From: Bacillota bacterium
Lineage (GTDB): Bacteria > Bacillota > Sulfobacillia > JAJZIM01
Length of the DNA stretch: 64,000 nt
Reading direction: 5' to 3'
Assembly: GCA_021810565.1 (NCBI GenBank)
Contig: JAJZIM010000004.1
Coordinates: 13,300-77,299 of the forward strand
Both the position numbers and the translations under genes were made by a program. Numbering within the stretch: the stretch's first letter is position 1; the number at the start of each line of letters is the position of its first letter. Below are positions 52,170-61,623 of the stretch, piece after piece. The notes below the pieces were generated by a model. The model worked only from the letters and a program-made list of their open reading frames with translations, had not been told where the DNA came from and searched no databases.

Positions 52170-52226
52170 CTCCTTCCGGATGCCCCCGACCGGGGGAGGG
52201 TTCGTACCCTCCCCCCTCCCAGTCTC

Positions 52227-52523
52227 CTAACGGTACCCTTTCTTGATCAGCCAGATGATCCAACTCATGACCGCCCCGATGTAGATGATGATCATGGTGT
52301 AGCCGATGTCCCACCAGGGCCGGGAGTCGGAACCGTTGTAGAAGTTGGTCACCGGCGCGAAGGGGTCGCCGGCGGGCCGCGCGCCCCACAGCGGGAAGGT
52401 GAAGATGATGCCCGCCAGGATCACCACCACGAAGGAGGCGATCAGAGCCGTGGGGACGATGCCGCCCTCCTCGTCGATGCCGTCGTACAGCTCATGCTCC
52501 TCGTTGTTGTTGTCGCCTGCCAT
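52227..52523 (-). CDS. CcoP N-terminal-domain-like membrane protein (no heme site)
   Basis: HELYDGIDEEGGIVPTAL followed by a TM helix resembles the FixP/CcoP N-terminal segment. No CxxCH. Confidence 0.5.
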   Translation of the reverse strand: MAGDNNNEEHELYDGIDEEGGIVPTALIASFVVVILAGIIFTFPLWGARPAGDPFAPVTNFYNGSDSRPWWDIGYTMIIIYIGAVMSWIIWLIKKGYR

Positions 52524-52537
52524 GCTCCCTCACCTCC

Positions 52538-53086
52538 TCATTTCTGCGCCCGCAGGAAGTCCGCCAGAGCGTTCAGGTCGGTGTTGGACAGCCAGTAGAA
52601 GTCGGGCATGACGGAGGGGGCGTGGGTGGTGACCCCGTCCGGCTCCACCGCCAGCCGCGGGTAGCGCTCGTGCTGGATCATGTACATCTTGCTGGGCAGC
52701 CGGGTGCCCACGTGCTGCAGGTCGGGGCCGGTGCGCTCGTTGGCGTTTACCGTGGGCCGCTGGGCCCACCACCAGCCGGCGGGCTCCGGCTTGCCGTAGT
52801 CGGTGTAGTCCATGGTCTGCTCCACCATCATGGTGTGGCAGAAGTAGCAGCCCTCCCGCAGGAACACCACCCGGCCCCGCCCGACCATGCTGGGGGCGTT
52901 GGCCCCCGTGTTCAGGGGATCAGCGATGGTCCAGCCGGATTCCGGACGGTACAGTTTGGCCAGCTTGGCCGCCTGGGGCGTGGGCTTTACCTGGCTCAGC
53001 ATCTGGGCGTCGGGCAGCACCACCGTCACCACGATGGCCGTGGCGAAGATGAACACCACCATCAGCATGCCCCACATATAGCGCAT
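52538..53086 (-). CDS. ccoO: cbb3-type cytochrome c oxidase subunit II (CcoO)
   Basis: N-terminal TM segment, CYFCHT heme motif, directly downstream of ccoN. Confidence 0.85.
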   Translation of the reverse strand: MRYMWGMLMVVFIFATAIVVTVVLPDAQMLSQVKPTPQAAKLAKLYRPESGWTIADPLNTGANAPSMVGRGRVVFLREGCYFCHTMMVEQTMDYTDYGKPEPAGWWWAQRPTVNANERTGPDLQHVGTRLPSKMYMIQHERYPRLAVEPDGVTTHAPSVMPDFYWLSNTDLNALADFLRAQK

Positions 53087-53099
53087 CGCTCGTCCCCCC

Positions 53100-54491
53100 T
53101 TAACCGGTCGCCTGCACGGCCGCAGGCTCCCGCTCCGCCACCGGCACCGGCGCCGTGGCGGTCTTGACCATGTTGTAGAGGAACATCCAGGTGGCCAGGA
53201 TGATCATCCAGCCGAAGAAGATGGCCGCCACGTTGTAGGGATGCTCCTGGGCCAGCACCGTGTCGAAGGGCGTGTTGTAGGCCTTGCCGGCCGCCTGCAC
53301 GAGTCCCGCGGTGGTCAGGCTGGTCCAAAAGCCCATGAAGCCCAGGGCAGTCAGCCAGAAGTGCCAGCGGGCCATGGCCACGCTGTACAGCGGCTTGCCG
53401 AGCAGCCGGGGCAAGGCGTAGTAGACCGCCCCCACCTCGATGAAGGTGGAGAAGCCCAAGAGCGCCATGTGGGCGTGGGCCACGATCCAGTCGGTGCCGT
53501 GGATATACCAATTGATGGCGCGGGTCTGCTGGAAGGCCCCCTGCACGTTAAGCGGCAGGGCGAAGAGCACCCCCGTGAGGCTCCACTGCACCACCGGGTT
53601 GTCCACGAACATGTGCCACTTGCCCTCCATGGTCAGGAGGATGTTGGTGATGAAGGCCAGGGCCGGGATCAGGATCAGCACCCCGGACACCGAGGCGAAG
53701 GACTTGATCCACTCGGGGATGGGCGCCGCCATCAGGTGGTGCGCTCCCGGGGTGGAGTAGAAGCCGACAATGGCCCAGAAGTGGATGTGGCCGATGCGGT
53801 GGCTGTACAACGCGTTGCCCGTGACCTTGGGGATCACGTAGTAGGCGATGGCCGCCGACACCGGCGTGATCCAAAGCCCCAGCACGTTGTGGGCGTACCA
53901 CCAGGTCATGTAGGCGGAGGCGATGCCCGTCCAACCCATGGCGTCGGACCCCAGGAGGAAGGTCACCGCGATCATCAGCAGGCAGGCGGCGAAGAACCAG
54001 AGGCTGACGTAGATCCCCTTGGTCTTGCGGTGCAGGATGGTCATCCACACGTTCACCGCCAAGGGGACCATGACGAAGAAGATGATGTAGATGTCGATGG
54101 GCCAGATCCACTCGTGATACTTGATGCCGGTCATGATGCCGTTTAGGAAAGTGGCGATTATGACCACCATGCCCACGTTCCACAGCCAGATGTTCACCAC
54201 GCCCAGGCGTTCGCTCCACAGTTTGGTGTTGCAAAGCGCCGGGGTCATGTAGTACATCGCGCCGGCGAAGGCCATGGAGATCCAGCCCAGGATCAGCACG
54301 TCCACGTGGGTAGGTCGGATCACCCCGAAGGTCAGCCAGGGCACCCCGGACAGGAAGTCGGGGTAGGCCATCTTGATACGGGTGATGCCGCCGAAGGTGA
54401 CGCCCACCGCGAACCACAAGACGGCGGAGAAAAGGGCCAGCTTCGCCGCGGTTCCCGGCGCCAGCTCTCGTTTGGCAGCAGTTGCCGTCAC
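53100..54491 (-). CDS. ccoN: cbb3-type cytochrome c oxidase subunit I (CcoN)
   Basis: WWYAHNVLGLW, YYVIPK, HIHFWAIVGF, VAHAHMALLGF. 12+ TM helices. Confidence 0.9.
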   Translation of the reverse strand: MTATAAKRELAPGTAAKLALFSAVLWFAVGVTFGGITRIKMAYPDFLSGVPWLTFGVIRPTHVDVLILGWISMAFAGAMYYMTPALCNTKLWSERLGVVNIWLWNVGMVVIIATFLNGIMTGIKYHEWIWPIDIYIIFFVMVPLAVNVWMTILHRKTKGIYVSLWFFAACLLMIAVTFLLGSDAMGWTGIASAYMTWWYAHNVLGLWITPVSAAIAYYVIPKVTGNALYSHRIGHIHFWAIVGFYSTPGAHHLMAAPIPEWIKSFASVSGVLILIPALAFITNILLTMEGKWHMFVDNPVVQWSLTGVLFALPLNVQGAFQQTRAINWYIHGTDWIVAHAHMALLGFSTFIEVGAVYYALPRLLGKPLYSVAMARWHFWLTALGFMGFWTSLTTAGLVQAAGKAYNTPFDTVLAQEHPYNVAAIFFGWMIILATWMFLYNMVKTATAPVPVAEREPAAVQATG

Positions 54492-54519
54492 TCGCTTTTC
54501 CCCCTCTCTAGCGCGTTTT

Positions 54520-54723
54520 TCATCCCTTGCGACTCTTGGCCTCGATCATGTTGCGGAAGAGCACCATGATGAGGGCAAACAGGATCCCCATCACGGCCAT
54601 GACGATGAACATGAGCTGGTAGCCCTCCGAGCCGGAGATCAGGTTGATGATGGCTCCCAGCACCGTCCCCAGGCCGATACCCATGAAGAGTCCGTTGTAG
54701 AAGTAGGTCCAGAAGGAACCCAC
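54520..54723 (-). CDS. small membrane protein
   Basis: 67 aa, 2 TM helices, upstream of ccoN. Confidence 0.45.
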   Translation of the reverse strand: MGSFWTYFYNGLFMGIGLGTVLGAIINLISGSEGYQLMFIVMAVMGILFALIMVLFRNMIEAKSRKG

Positions 54724-54751
54724 GGCTTGCCGCCTCCTTTCCCCGCCGGCG

Positions 54752-55900
54752 TCAACTGGTGGCCATGCCGGGCCGCATCAGGTGGCCCGCGCTGGTCCAG
54801 CTCTTGCCGCCATCGGTGGACTTGAGGATGGTGACGACCCCCGTCTGGTACCCGCCGGGTCCGGAGGTGCTGGGCGTGCCCACCACCCACACGGCCCCGC
54901 CCGGAGCCACCGTGACCGACTCCAGCCAGTAGTCGGTGCCCTTGGCCTGGGTGAACACCGTCTTCCAGTTCTTGCCGCCATCGGCGGTATAGAACACCTG
55001 GCCGCCGGTCCCCACGGCATAGCCGGTCTTGGGTCCGGTGAAGTACAGGGAGGTCAGCCAGCCGAATTGCATCGCGCCGCTGGATTCCTGGGTCCAAGTC
55101 CGACCGCCGTTCTTGGTCACGAAGACCGGCACGGGATGGGCCGACTGGGGCGAGCCGTTGACGAAGGGGTTGGTCCCGGAGGCGTAGCCGACGCCGGTTC
55201 CCGGCACCATGAAGACGGTGCGTAGCCAAGCCTCCACCGGAGTGAAGGAAACGCTCCAACTGGTCCCCCCGTCCCGGGTCACGGCAATCACGCCGTGGTC
55301 GCCTACCGCCACCCCGTCCGCCGGGCTGGCGAAGGATACCGCGCGCAGGTCAATGGAGGTGCCGGAGGGCTCGGCGGTCCAGCTGGCGCCACCGTCGCCA
55401 CTCTTCAGGATGGTGCCGTTGTCGCCCACGGCCACGGCCGTGGCTTTACCGGTGAAGGTAACCGCCTCCAGATCGTTCTGGGTGCCGGAGGACGCTTGCT
55501 GCCAGGTGGTCCCCTTGTCGGTGCTGTACCAGATGGTGCCGCTGTTGCCCACGATGATGCCGTCGGTTCCCGCCTGGTTGAACGCCACGGAACGCAGTCC
55601 TTCATTCAAACCGCCCTGGGCGTGCAGCACCCGGCGCCGCCAGTGCCGGCCGCCGTTCCCGGTGGCCAGGAGGGTGCCGCTGTCACCTACCGCGAAGCCC
55701 CGTGCGGCGCTCGTAAAGCGCACGGAGTAGAGCCAAGTGGTGGGTTGGTTGGAGACCTGATATTTGCTCAACACCTGCTCGTGCCCGGTCTCCCAGGATG
55801 GGTGCAAGGCAGCCGGGTATGCGCCGCAGCCGCCCAGCAGGCCGACCGTGGCGATCCCCGCTATCCCCAGCACCCCCCATCTGCTCCATCCAATTCTCAT
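54752..55900 (-). CDS. BNR/Asp-box beta-propeller lipoprotein (Ycf48-like)
   Basis: Lipobox LLGGC. Six S/T-x-D-G-G-x-(T/S/N)-W repeats (STDKGTTW, SGDGGASW, TRDGGTSW, TKNGGRTW, TADGGKNW, STDGGKSW). Confidence 0.8.
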   Translation of the reverse strand: MRIGWSRWGVLGIAGIATVGLLGGCGAYPAALHPSWETGHEQVLSKYQVSNQPTTWLYSVRFTSAARGFAVGDSGTLLATGNGGRHWRRRVLHAQGGLNEGLRSVAFNQAGTDGIIVGNSGTIWYSTDKGTTWQQASSGTQNDLEAVTFTGKATAVAVGDNGTILKSGDGGASWTAEPSGTSIDLRAVSFASPADGVAVGDHGVIAVTRDGGTSWSVSFTPVEAWLRTVFMVPGTGVGYASGTNPFVNGSPQSAHPVPVFVTKNGGRTWTQESSGAMQFGWLTSLYFTGPKTGYAVGTGGQVFYTADGGKNWKTVFTQAKGTDYWLESVTVAPGGAVWVVGTPSTSGPGGYQTGVVTILKSTDGGKSWTSAGHLMRPGMATS

Positions 55901-56309
55901 CCGCTTTCCCCCGCTCTTCGCATAGTCTGGCGCGCAAGCCCTGCCTCACCCGTGCCACGGGGTGAGACCCATGGTGGTTCCGAGAGTATGCAGGTGCCCC
56001 GTCAGGAGCAGCACCCACAGCAGCGTCACCACCACCAGGATCGCCGCCCCCAGCACGTGCGCCGAGGCCTGTCCCCCCTCCCCCTTCTCAGCCAATCCAA
56101 TCCCCCCTTTCCGCTGCGGCTGTCCGCCCCGCCGTCTCTCCTCCTTCCGAAGGTTTAGAAAGTCGAGGCTATAACAAAGCTTATTCTACCCCGCCCGGCG
56201 GAATCCTGCCCATTAAGAAATTTTCTTGTTTATTTTTTATCCCCCTCCGGTGGCGCGGCAGGAGCCCTCCCGCTCCGGGGAGAATGATTGCCCCTGGGAG
56301 GTGACCACG

Positions 56310-56504
56310 ATGCACAAATCGCGGCGCGACTTCGTCTGGGGAGGCCTCTTGCTCCTGGCCGGAGTGTTGGTGGACGTGCCCTTCTTCCCCTACGGCCTGG
56401 ATAGCCTCTTCCGGCCGGGAGGCGCGCTTTGGATCCTGCCCCTCATGATCCTCAGCCCCCTGGCCCTCATCGGCGGCGGCCTCTACCTGCTGCTGCGCCC
56501 ATGA
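56310..56504 (+). CDS. small membrane protein
   Basis: ATG after GGGAGGTGA. 64 aa, 2 TM helices. Confidence 0.4.
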   Translation: MHKSRRDFVWGGLLLLAGVLVDVPFFPYGLDSLFRPGGALWILPLMILSPLALIGGGLYLLLRP

Positions 56505-56755
56505 CCCGCGCCGGCTGCTGGAGCGCCCTGGCCCGGCGCGCCGCGCGTCACCCGGTAATCACGGCGCTTTTCTGCACCGCGGCGGTGGGCCAGTTCTCCA
56601 TGGTGCTGCAGTTCAACAGCCACCTTTGGCTGGAGATCGGCTCCAGCTTTCGGGGTGCGGTGGAAGGCCTGCTGCTCTTGGCCGGCTACAGCCTGCTGTT
56701 CGCCGGGGTCATCCCCTTCGGCCTGTGGCTCCTGGTATGTTGGGCCTTCGACTAG
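56501..56755 (+). CDS. small membrane protein
   Basis: ATGA overlap with the preceding ORF. 84 aa. Confidence 0.4.
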   Translation: MTRAGCWSALARRAARHPVITALFCTAAVGQFSMVLQFNSHLWLEIGSSFRGAVEGLLLLAGYSLLFAGVIPFGLWLLVCWAFD

Positions 56756-57458
56756 GAGGGGCGCCGGCTGCGGCGCCGACCGCCCAAAAGCCACAGCAGC
56801 ACGAAGGGACCCCAAAGCAGCACCGCGATGCCCGCAAACCCCAGCAGGGTCAGGGACAGCGGCAGGTGCAGCACGGTGAAGCCGTGCCCCATAGGCTGAA
56901 AACTCCAGTTGTGGTGCAACCCGCATCCTCCCCTCCCGAAAGACAAAAGCCCCCGGACCACGCCGGGGACTTTCGTCTCATCGGGTCAGCAAAGGAAAAC
57001 TGGTCCACGGGCCGAAGGCCAAAAACAAAGCCAGAACCCAGATCAACAGGAAACAGACCACCGCCAAGCCGCTCCAGAAGCCGGCCCCCCCCTTGGCGCC
57101 CTCGTCCAAAGTCCTCTCCCCCTCTTTTGGATTCCCTTAGACGGCTCAAATATAGCACGGGGAGACCCCTTTGTAAAGTAGCTCATTAATAAATTGATCT
57201 TTCACTTTTTATTTGACTTCCTCATCTTCCCCGGAGTCCGCCGGCTGGGCGAACCTCCGCCAGGGGGCAGGACGCCGACCCGGCGAATCCGGCCCCGTTA
57301 GTGCCCCCGGGAACCACTCCCCGCCGGCATCGCCTCCGGCGCCGCTGCCCGCCGAGGTCGGGAGGCGGTTACCGAGGCTTCAGCCGTGCACGCCTTGCCG
57401 CAACCGGTCCTTTTTGTTAGATTGTTTTCATAGAAATATCTTTGGAAAGGGAACGGCC

Positions 57459-57818
57459 ATGACCAAACGATGCTCCGGCTGCGGCTACTTCCAGCGCGCC
57501 CAGGATCCTAAGCTCGCTCACGACTACGGCAAGTGCACCCTCGAGGCCGAGGGAGCATGGTTCTCCCCCGACCACCCGGCTTGTCCCAAGCAGGTCGCCC
57601 AAACGCCGCAGCAGCGCAGGCTGGCCAACTGGATCGTCATCGTGGTGGCTGCCGACATCGCCCTTTTGCCCCTGCTCCTGTGGCTGTTGCTCATCGCCTG
57701 GCGGCCGGCGATCTTCTCCTTTCCCGTCTGGGCGGTCTACGCCTTGGTGGCCTTCGCCTACCTGATCCTGCCCTTCGGCGTGCTCTATCTAACCATCGCC
57801 CGGCTGCGGCGCCGTTAG
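57459..57818 (+). CDS. membrane protein with an N-terminal Cys-rich domain
   Basis: MTKRCSGCGYF...KC...ACP, then 2-3 TM helices. Confidence 0.5.
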   Translation: MTKRCSGCGYFQRAQDPKLAHDYGKCTLEAEGAWFSPDHPACPKQVAQTPQQRRLANWIVIVVAADIALLPLLLWLLLIAWRPAIFSFPVWAVYALVAFAYLILPFGVLYLTIARLRRR

Positions 57819-57882
57819 CCCCCGCTCAGGCTCGGGAAAAACCGCCGGTCCGGGACCTGCCCGGACCGGTGTTTCGTCGGCC

Positions 57883-59121
57883 CTACGACGCCATCTTGCC
57901 GGGGCCCATCAGGGCGAGCACCGCGCCGGTGCTGGTGCCCACAAAGGCCATGCCGCGCGCCGCGGCAGGCGCCGTCAGCACGGCGCTGGTGCGGTAGACC
58001 CAAAGCAACCTGCCCGTCGCGATGCGCACCGCCGCCACGGCATGGTCTCCCACCCGCTGGTAGACCACCCCTCCGGACGGCACCGGCGCCGAAGTGGGGG
58101 TGCCCCCGAGGTCCCTGCGCCACGCCCGCTGCCCGTCGGCAGCTCGGAAGGCGTATAGGTGGCCATCCTGGGAGGCCGCCAGGACGAGGCTGCCGCTGGG
58201 CACCGGGGCATAGGGGGAGGCATCGGCCATCGCCGCCGACCAGCGCTTTTTCCCGGAGACCGCGTCCACCGCATACACCTGCCGGTCGGCGCTGCTGACG
58301 AAGACCGTGCCGGGGCGGACCGCCACCGGCGCCGTGATGGCCCCGCCGGTGGCGAAGCTCCAGACCGGGTGGCCGTCGGCAGCCCAGTAGGCATGCACCG
58401 TGCCGCCCCGATTGCCCAAGACCACCAGGCCTCGGTACACCCTCGGCGCCGCGTCGAAGGCGTAGCCGGTGGTCTGGATCCAGCGCACCTCCCCCGTCGC
58501 CGCGTCCAATCCGTACACTCGGTGGTCCTGGGAGCCGAAGACCACCATGCCTGCCACCACCACCGGCGCCGTGAGCTTGGCCCTGTCCCCGGGGAACCGC
58601 CACACCCGCTTTCCTTTTTGCGGCTCGAAGGCGTACAGGCTGTGCCCGTCGGTAAGCGCGAAGACGAGTCCGCCGCCCACCTGGGAGGGATGGCTGCACA
58701 TGCACTGGGGGGCCTTATTCCGGGTGTAGGCCCAAAGCAGCCGCCCCGTGCGCCGATCGAAGGCCCGCAGGTAGTGCACGCTTCCCACGTCGGAGGCGAT
58801 GAAGAGGAAATTCCCATTCACGGTGGGCGGGATTCCGATGGCTCCCCCCGTGGCGGCTTTCCAGGCCGTGGTGCCGCGCATCAGGTCCAGGGCGTACACA
58901 TTGTCTCCTTTGCCCTGAGTGGTGGTGACGTACAATTTGCCCCCCTGCACTTGGGGAACCGCGTACACGGGGCCGCCCACCGGCGCCGTCCACATGGGAG
59001 CTGCCGCGGCGGTCTTCTCCATCCCGCCGGTGGCCGGGGCCGCCGGGCCGCAGGAGGCCAGGGCCAAAACCAAGCCGCAGCCCGCGACCCAAGGAAACAT
59101 CCGTTGTCCGAGCAAAGTCAT
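57883..59121 (-). CDS. PQQ-like (BamB-like) eight-bladed beta-propeller lipoprotein
   Basis: Lipobox LALASC. Eight repeats of the type VYALD..G...W (for example LYAFEPQKGKRVW, VYAVDAVSGKKRW). Confidence 0.7.
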   Translation of the reverse strand: MTLLGQRMFPWVAGCGLVLALASCGPAAPATGGMEKTAAAAPMWTAPVGGPVYAVPQVQGGKLYVTTTQGKGDNVYALDLMRGTTAWKAATGGAIGIPPTVNGNFLFIASDVGSVHYLRAFDRRTGRLLWAYTRNKAPQCMCSHPSQVGGGLVFALTDGHSLYAFEPQKGKRVWRFPGDRAKLTAPVVVAGMVVFGSQDHRVYGLDAATGEVRWIQTTGYAFDAAPRVYRGLVVLGNRGGTVHAYWAADGHPVWSFATGGAITAPVAVRPGTVFVSSADRQVYAVDAVSGKKRWSAAMADASPYAPVPSGSLVLAASQDGHLYAFRAADGQRAWRRDLGGTPTSAPVPSGGVVYQRVGDHAVAAVRIATGRLLWVYRTSAVLTAPAAARGMAFVGTSTGAVLALMGPGKMAS

Positions 59122-59173
59122 CCCTCCCGAAATTATGCCGCGCGGTGCGGCGCGTATCCCCGTCATCACCTCC

Positions 59174-60520
59174 CTACATGCGCATGGGCAGGCGCGGGAG
59201 CCCGGCCAGGCCATGGGCCAGAAGAACCAAGACCAACGTGCCCGCCATATGGGGCACCGCCGTACGGACGGAGCTGCCTGGCCCCCTTTGACGGGCGATG
59301 AGCAGGAGGGCAGCCCAACTGGCCAGGAGCCCCGCCACGGCCAGGGGGCCGGCCAAGACCTGGGCGGCGTCTTTCCAGATCGGACCCGGCAGGAAAAGGG
59401 CCGCCGGCAGGTTCGGGCGTAGCCCCGCCAGGACCCGCAGGGAGTCCTCCACCGTGCCTCCTTGGCCCAAGACGTTGTGGAGCAGGTTGTGGGCGAGGCT
59501 GCCTGGGACCACCAAGAAGACGTAGGCGGGACCGAAGCGGGCCAGGTTGCGCCGCCAGGAGGTGCCCTCCACCCGGGCGCCGGCCAGCGCGGCCAAGCCC
59601 GCGATCCCGGCCGCCGCCCCCAGGCCGACCGCCAGGCACAGCAGGTAGGCCCACCGCCCTGCGGACAGGGCCGGCAAGGCCGCCGCCAAGGCCCGGGCGG
59701 CGGAACCGGTGAGGATGTTGCGGGTCATGTCCAGCCACATCCACAGCTGCCAGATACCGACGATGGCTGCCCCCATGAGGGCGGCCGACAGTTCCGGGCG
59801 GGCCCGCAGTAGCTCCCGGCCCGGCCAGCGGCCGCGCAGGGCGAGGGCCCCGGAAGGACAGGCCGGCACGCACGCCAGGCACAGGGTGCAGTGGCGGCTG
59901 GAGGCCGCCCGGCCCGGAAATTCCCCCGTGGGGCAGGCACTCTGGCAAGGCTTCTCCCGACAGCCGCGGCAACGGACCGCATCCGCATGCAGCGCCAGGG
60001 GGGCCGCCGCTGCAAGGACGCCGCTCGCCAGTCCGATGGGGCAAAGGGCGCGGCACCAGGCCCCCTCTCCCCAGCGGAAGCCCACCCCCGCCGCCAAGAC
60101 CAGCCAGGCCGACAGATAGCTGGCGGTGGCCGGAGGGGAGGACAGGAAGGGCCGCAGAACCCAGAAGCCCAGCAGGAAGGAGGCCAGGGCGGTGACGCCG
60201 CCTGCGCGGCGGACCCAGGCCGGAACCCCCGGACCACGGTCCATCAGCCGGGCCACCATCCGCAGGGGACATACGGTGCACCAAAGGCGGTTCAGGAAGA
60301 GGAGGCTCAGGACAATGAGGGTGGGCCAGAAGACGATCCACATGGCCGCCAGGGCGAAGTTCCAGCGGCCGGGGGGAAGGAGGAACCCCGCCCCCACCGC
60401 CAGGGACAGGGCCACCAGTACCGCCCCCCGCAGGGCCCCCCAGGCGAGGCTGTTGTGCCGCCGTCGCCGGGTAACGTCCCGCCCTCCCCCGACCGATTCC
60501 ACCCGCCGGGCCATGGCCAC
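59174..60520 (-). CDS. membrane-bound 4Fe-4S polyferredoxin (NapH/CcoG-like)
   Basis: CTVCP, CPIG, CRGCREKPCQSACP, CTLCLACVPACP, plus many TM helices. Confidence 0.75.
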   Translation of the reverse strand: MAMARRVESVGGGRDVTRRRRHNSLAWGALRGAVLVALSLAVGAGFLLPPGRWNFALAAMWIVFWPTLIVLSLLFLNRLWCTVCPLRMVARLMDRGPGVPAWVRRAGGVTALASFLLGFWVLRPFLSSPPATASYLSAWLVLAAGVGFRWGEGAWCRALCPIGLASGVLAAAAPLALHADAVRCRGCREKPCQSACPTGEFPGRAASSRHCTLCLACVPACPSGALALRGRWPGRELLRARPELSAALMGAAIVGIWQLWMWLDMTRNILTGSAARALAAALPALSAGRWAYLLCLAVGLGAAAGIAGLAALAGARVEGTSWRRNLARFGPAYVFLVVPGSLAHNLLHNVLGQGGTVEDSLRVLAGLRPNLPAALFLPGPIWKDAAQVLAGPLAVAGLLASWAALLLIARQRGPGSSVRTAVPHMAGTLVLVLLAHGLAGLPRLPMRM

Positions 60521-60703
60521 CGCTCCCCCCTACCCGTTCTCCGGGCCTCAATGTTACATCATGTTATAACCTGTCGTTCTTCGTCCAAGCACTTCGTCGT
60601 CGCAAACCCGTTTCCTGCAGGTTTCAGAACTTTTTTCTTTCGATTATTTCAGGCCAAAGAGAAGGCACCGGCTACCTGCCGGGGCCTCCCCCACCCCCGC
60701 CGC

Positions 60704-61108
60704 CTACTGCACGTCGAGCAGGAACCGCGCCCGATCCTGCGTCTTGCCACCTTCCTTCACCTGCACCGTCACCTGCCAGGAGCCGTTCATGCTGAACACC
60801 CCCTGACCCTGCCAGCGCCCCGGCCCCGCCGGCTCCATCCGCGGGGCGGTTTTGCCCATCTCCATGGCGGGCATGGACAGGTCCAAGGATACCGCGGCCC
60901 TCCGCACCGCCCGCCTATCCGGCCCCATGATCCGCACCTCAAAGGTGCTGGTGGTGAGGCTGCGGGCTGGCCAAGGCCGCACCGTGAGCCACACCGTGTT
61001 CTGCCCCGCCTGCTGGCGAAAAGTGGTCTGCCCTCCGAAGGAGGGGGGCACCCCGCCGCAGCTAGCCGCCAGCCAGAGTACCGCCACCGCCAGCCACCAC
61101 CGCCTCAT
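60704..61108 (-). CDS. FixH/YtkA-like lipoprotein
   Basis: Lipobox LAASC. SMPAMEMG...GRWQGQGVFSMNGSWQVTVQV pattern. RBS AAGGAG. Confidence 0.6.
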   Translation of the reverse strand: MRRWWLAVAVLWLAASCGGVPPSFGGQTTFRQQAGQNTVWLTVRPWPARSLTTSTFEVRIMGPDRRAVRRAAVSLDLSMPAMEMGKTAPRMEPAGPGRWQGQGVFSMNGSWQVTVQVKEGGKTQDRARFLLDVQ

Positions 61109-61623
61109 GCTCCTTGGCTCCTTTCCCGGCGATGTCGCACCGCCCAGCCGGCCAACATCGCCGCCGTCAGTCCTGCCACCGTTCCCACGGCCCACGGCGG
61201 AAGGTCCCAGCCCTCCTGAGGAAAGCTCCCCCGCACCCGCACCGGACCGCCCGCGGCCGGAAAAAGCTCCAGGCTCACCCCCGCCGTTCCCGGCCGGCCT
61301 TGCGCCAGATACTGCCCCTGGTACTCCCCGGGCGCCACCCGCTGCAGGGGCACCGGCCGCGGCCCCACCTCCGGCTGGCGCAGGATCAGCTCCATGCCAC
61401 CCCGGAAGGGCCGCCCGCTGCTGGCATGCTCCACACCCACTAGCAGCACGGCGATCCGTCCTACGCGCGGCGTCTGGGGATAAACCGAGAGGGTGATCAG
61501 GTATCTTCCGGGCGCCGGCAGGGCCAGCACCCGCGGCACCCCCACGCCGGGGGTACCGTCGGCCAAAGCCGGGCGGGCGCTCAAGCAGGCCAGGACCAGC
61601 GCCGCCGCCAACCAGCGCCTCAT
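61105..61623 (-). CDS. secreted FixH-like protein with a C-terminal TM anchor
   Basis: Signal peptide MRRWLAAALVLACLSARPALA. ATGA coupling on both sides. Confidence 0.5.
   Translation of the reverse strand: MRRWLAAALVLACLSARPALADGTPGVGVPRVLALPAPGRYLITLSVYPQTPRVGRIAVLLVGVEHASSGRPFRGGMELILRQPEVGPRPVPLQRVAPGEYQGQYLAQGRPGTAGVSLELFPAAGGPVRVRGSFPQEGWDLPPWAVGTVAGLTAAMLAGWAVRHRRERSQGA

Noticed and set aside
59166-60551. 461-aa ORF overlapping 59174..60520 in another frame
   Set aside because: Pro/Gly/Arg-rich with no motifs. The alternative frame encodes TM helices and three 4Fe-4S cysteine clusters.
60540-60700. Possible FNR/CRP- or Rex-type operator upstream of the polyferredoxin gene (ATGTTACATCATGTTATAAC)
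   Set aside because: It matches neither TTGAT-N4-ATCAA nor TTGTGAA-N4-TTCACAA. It only has a short direct repeat and a GTTATAAC palindrome.
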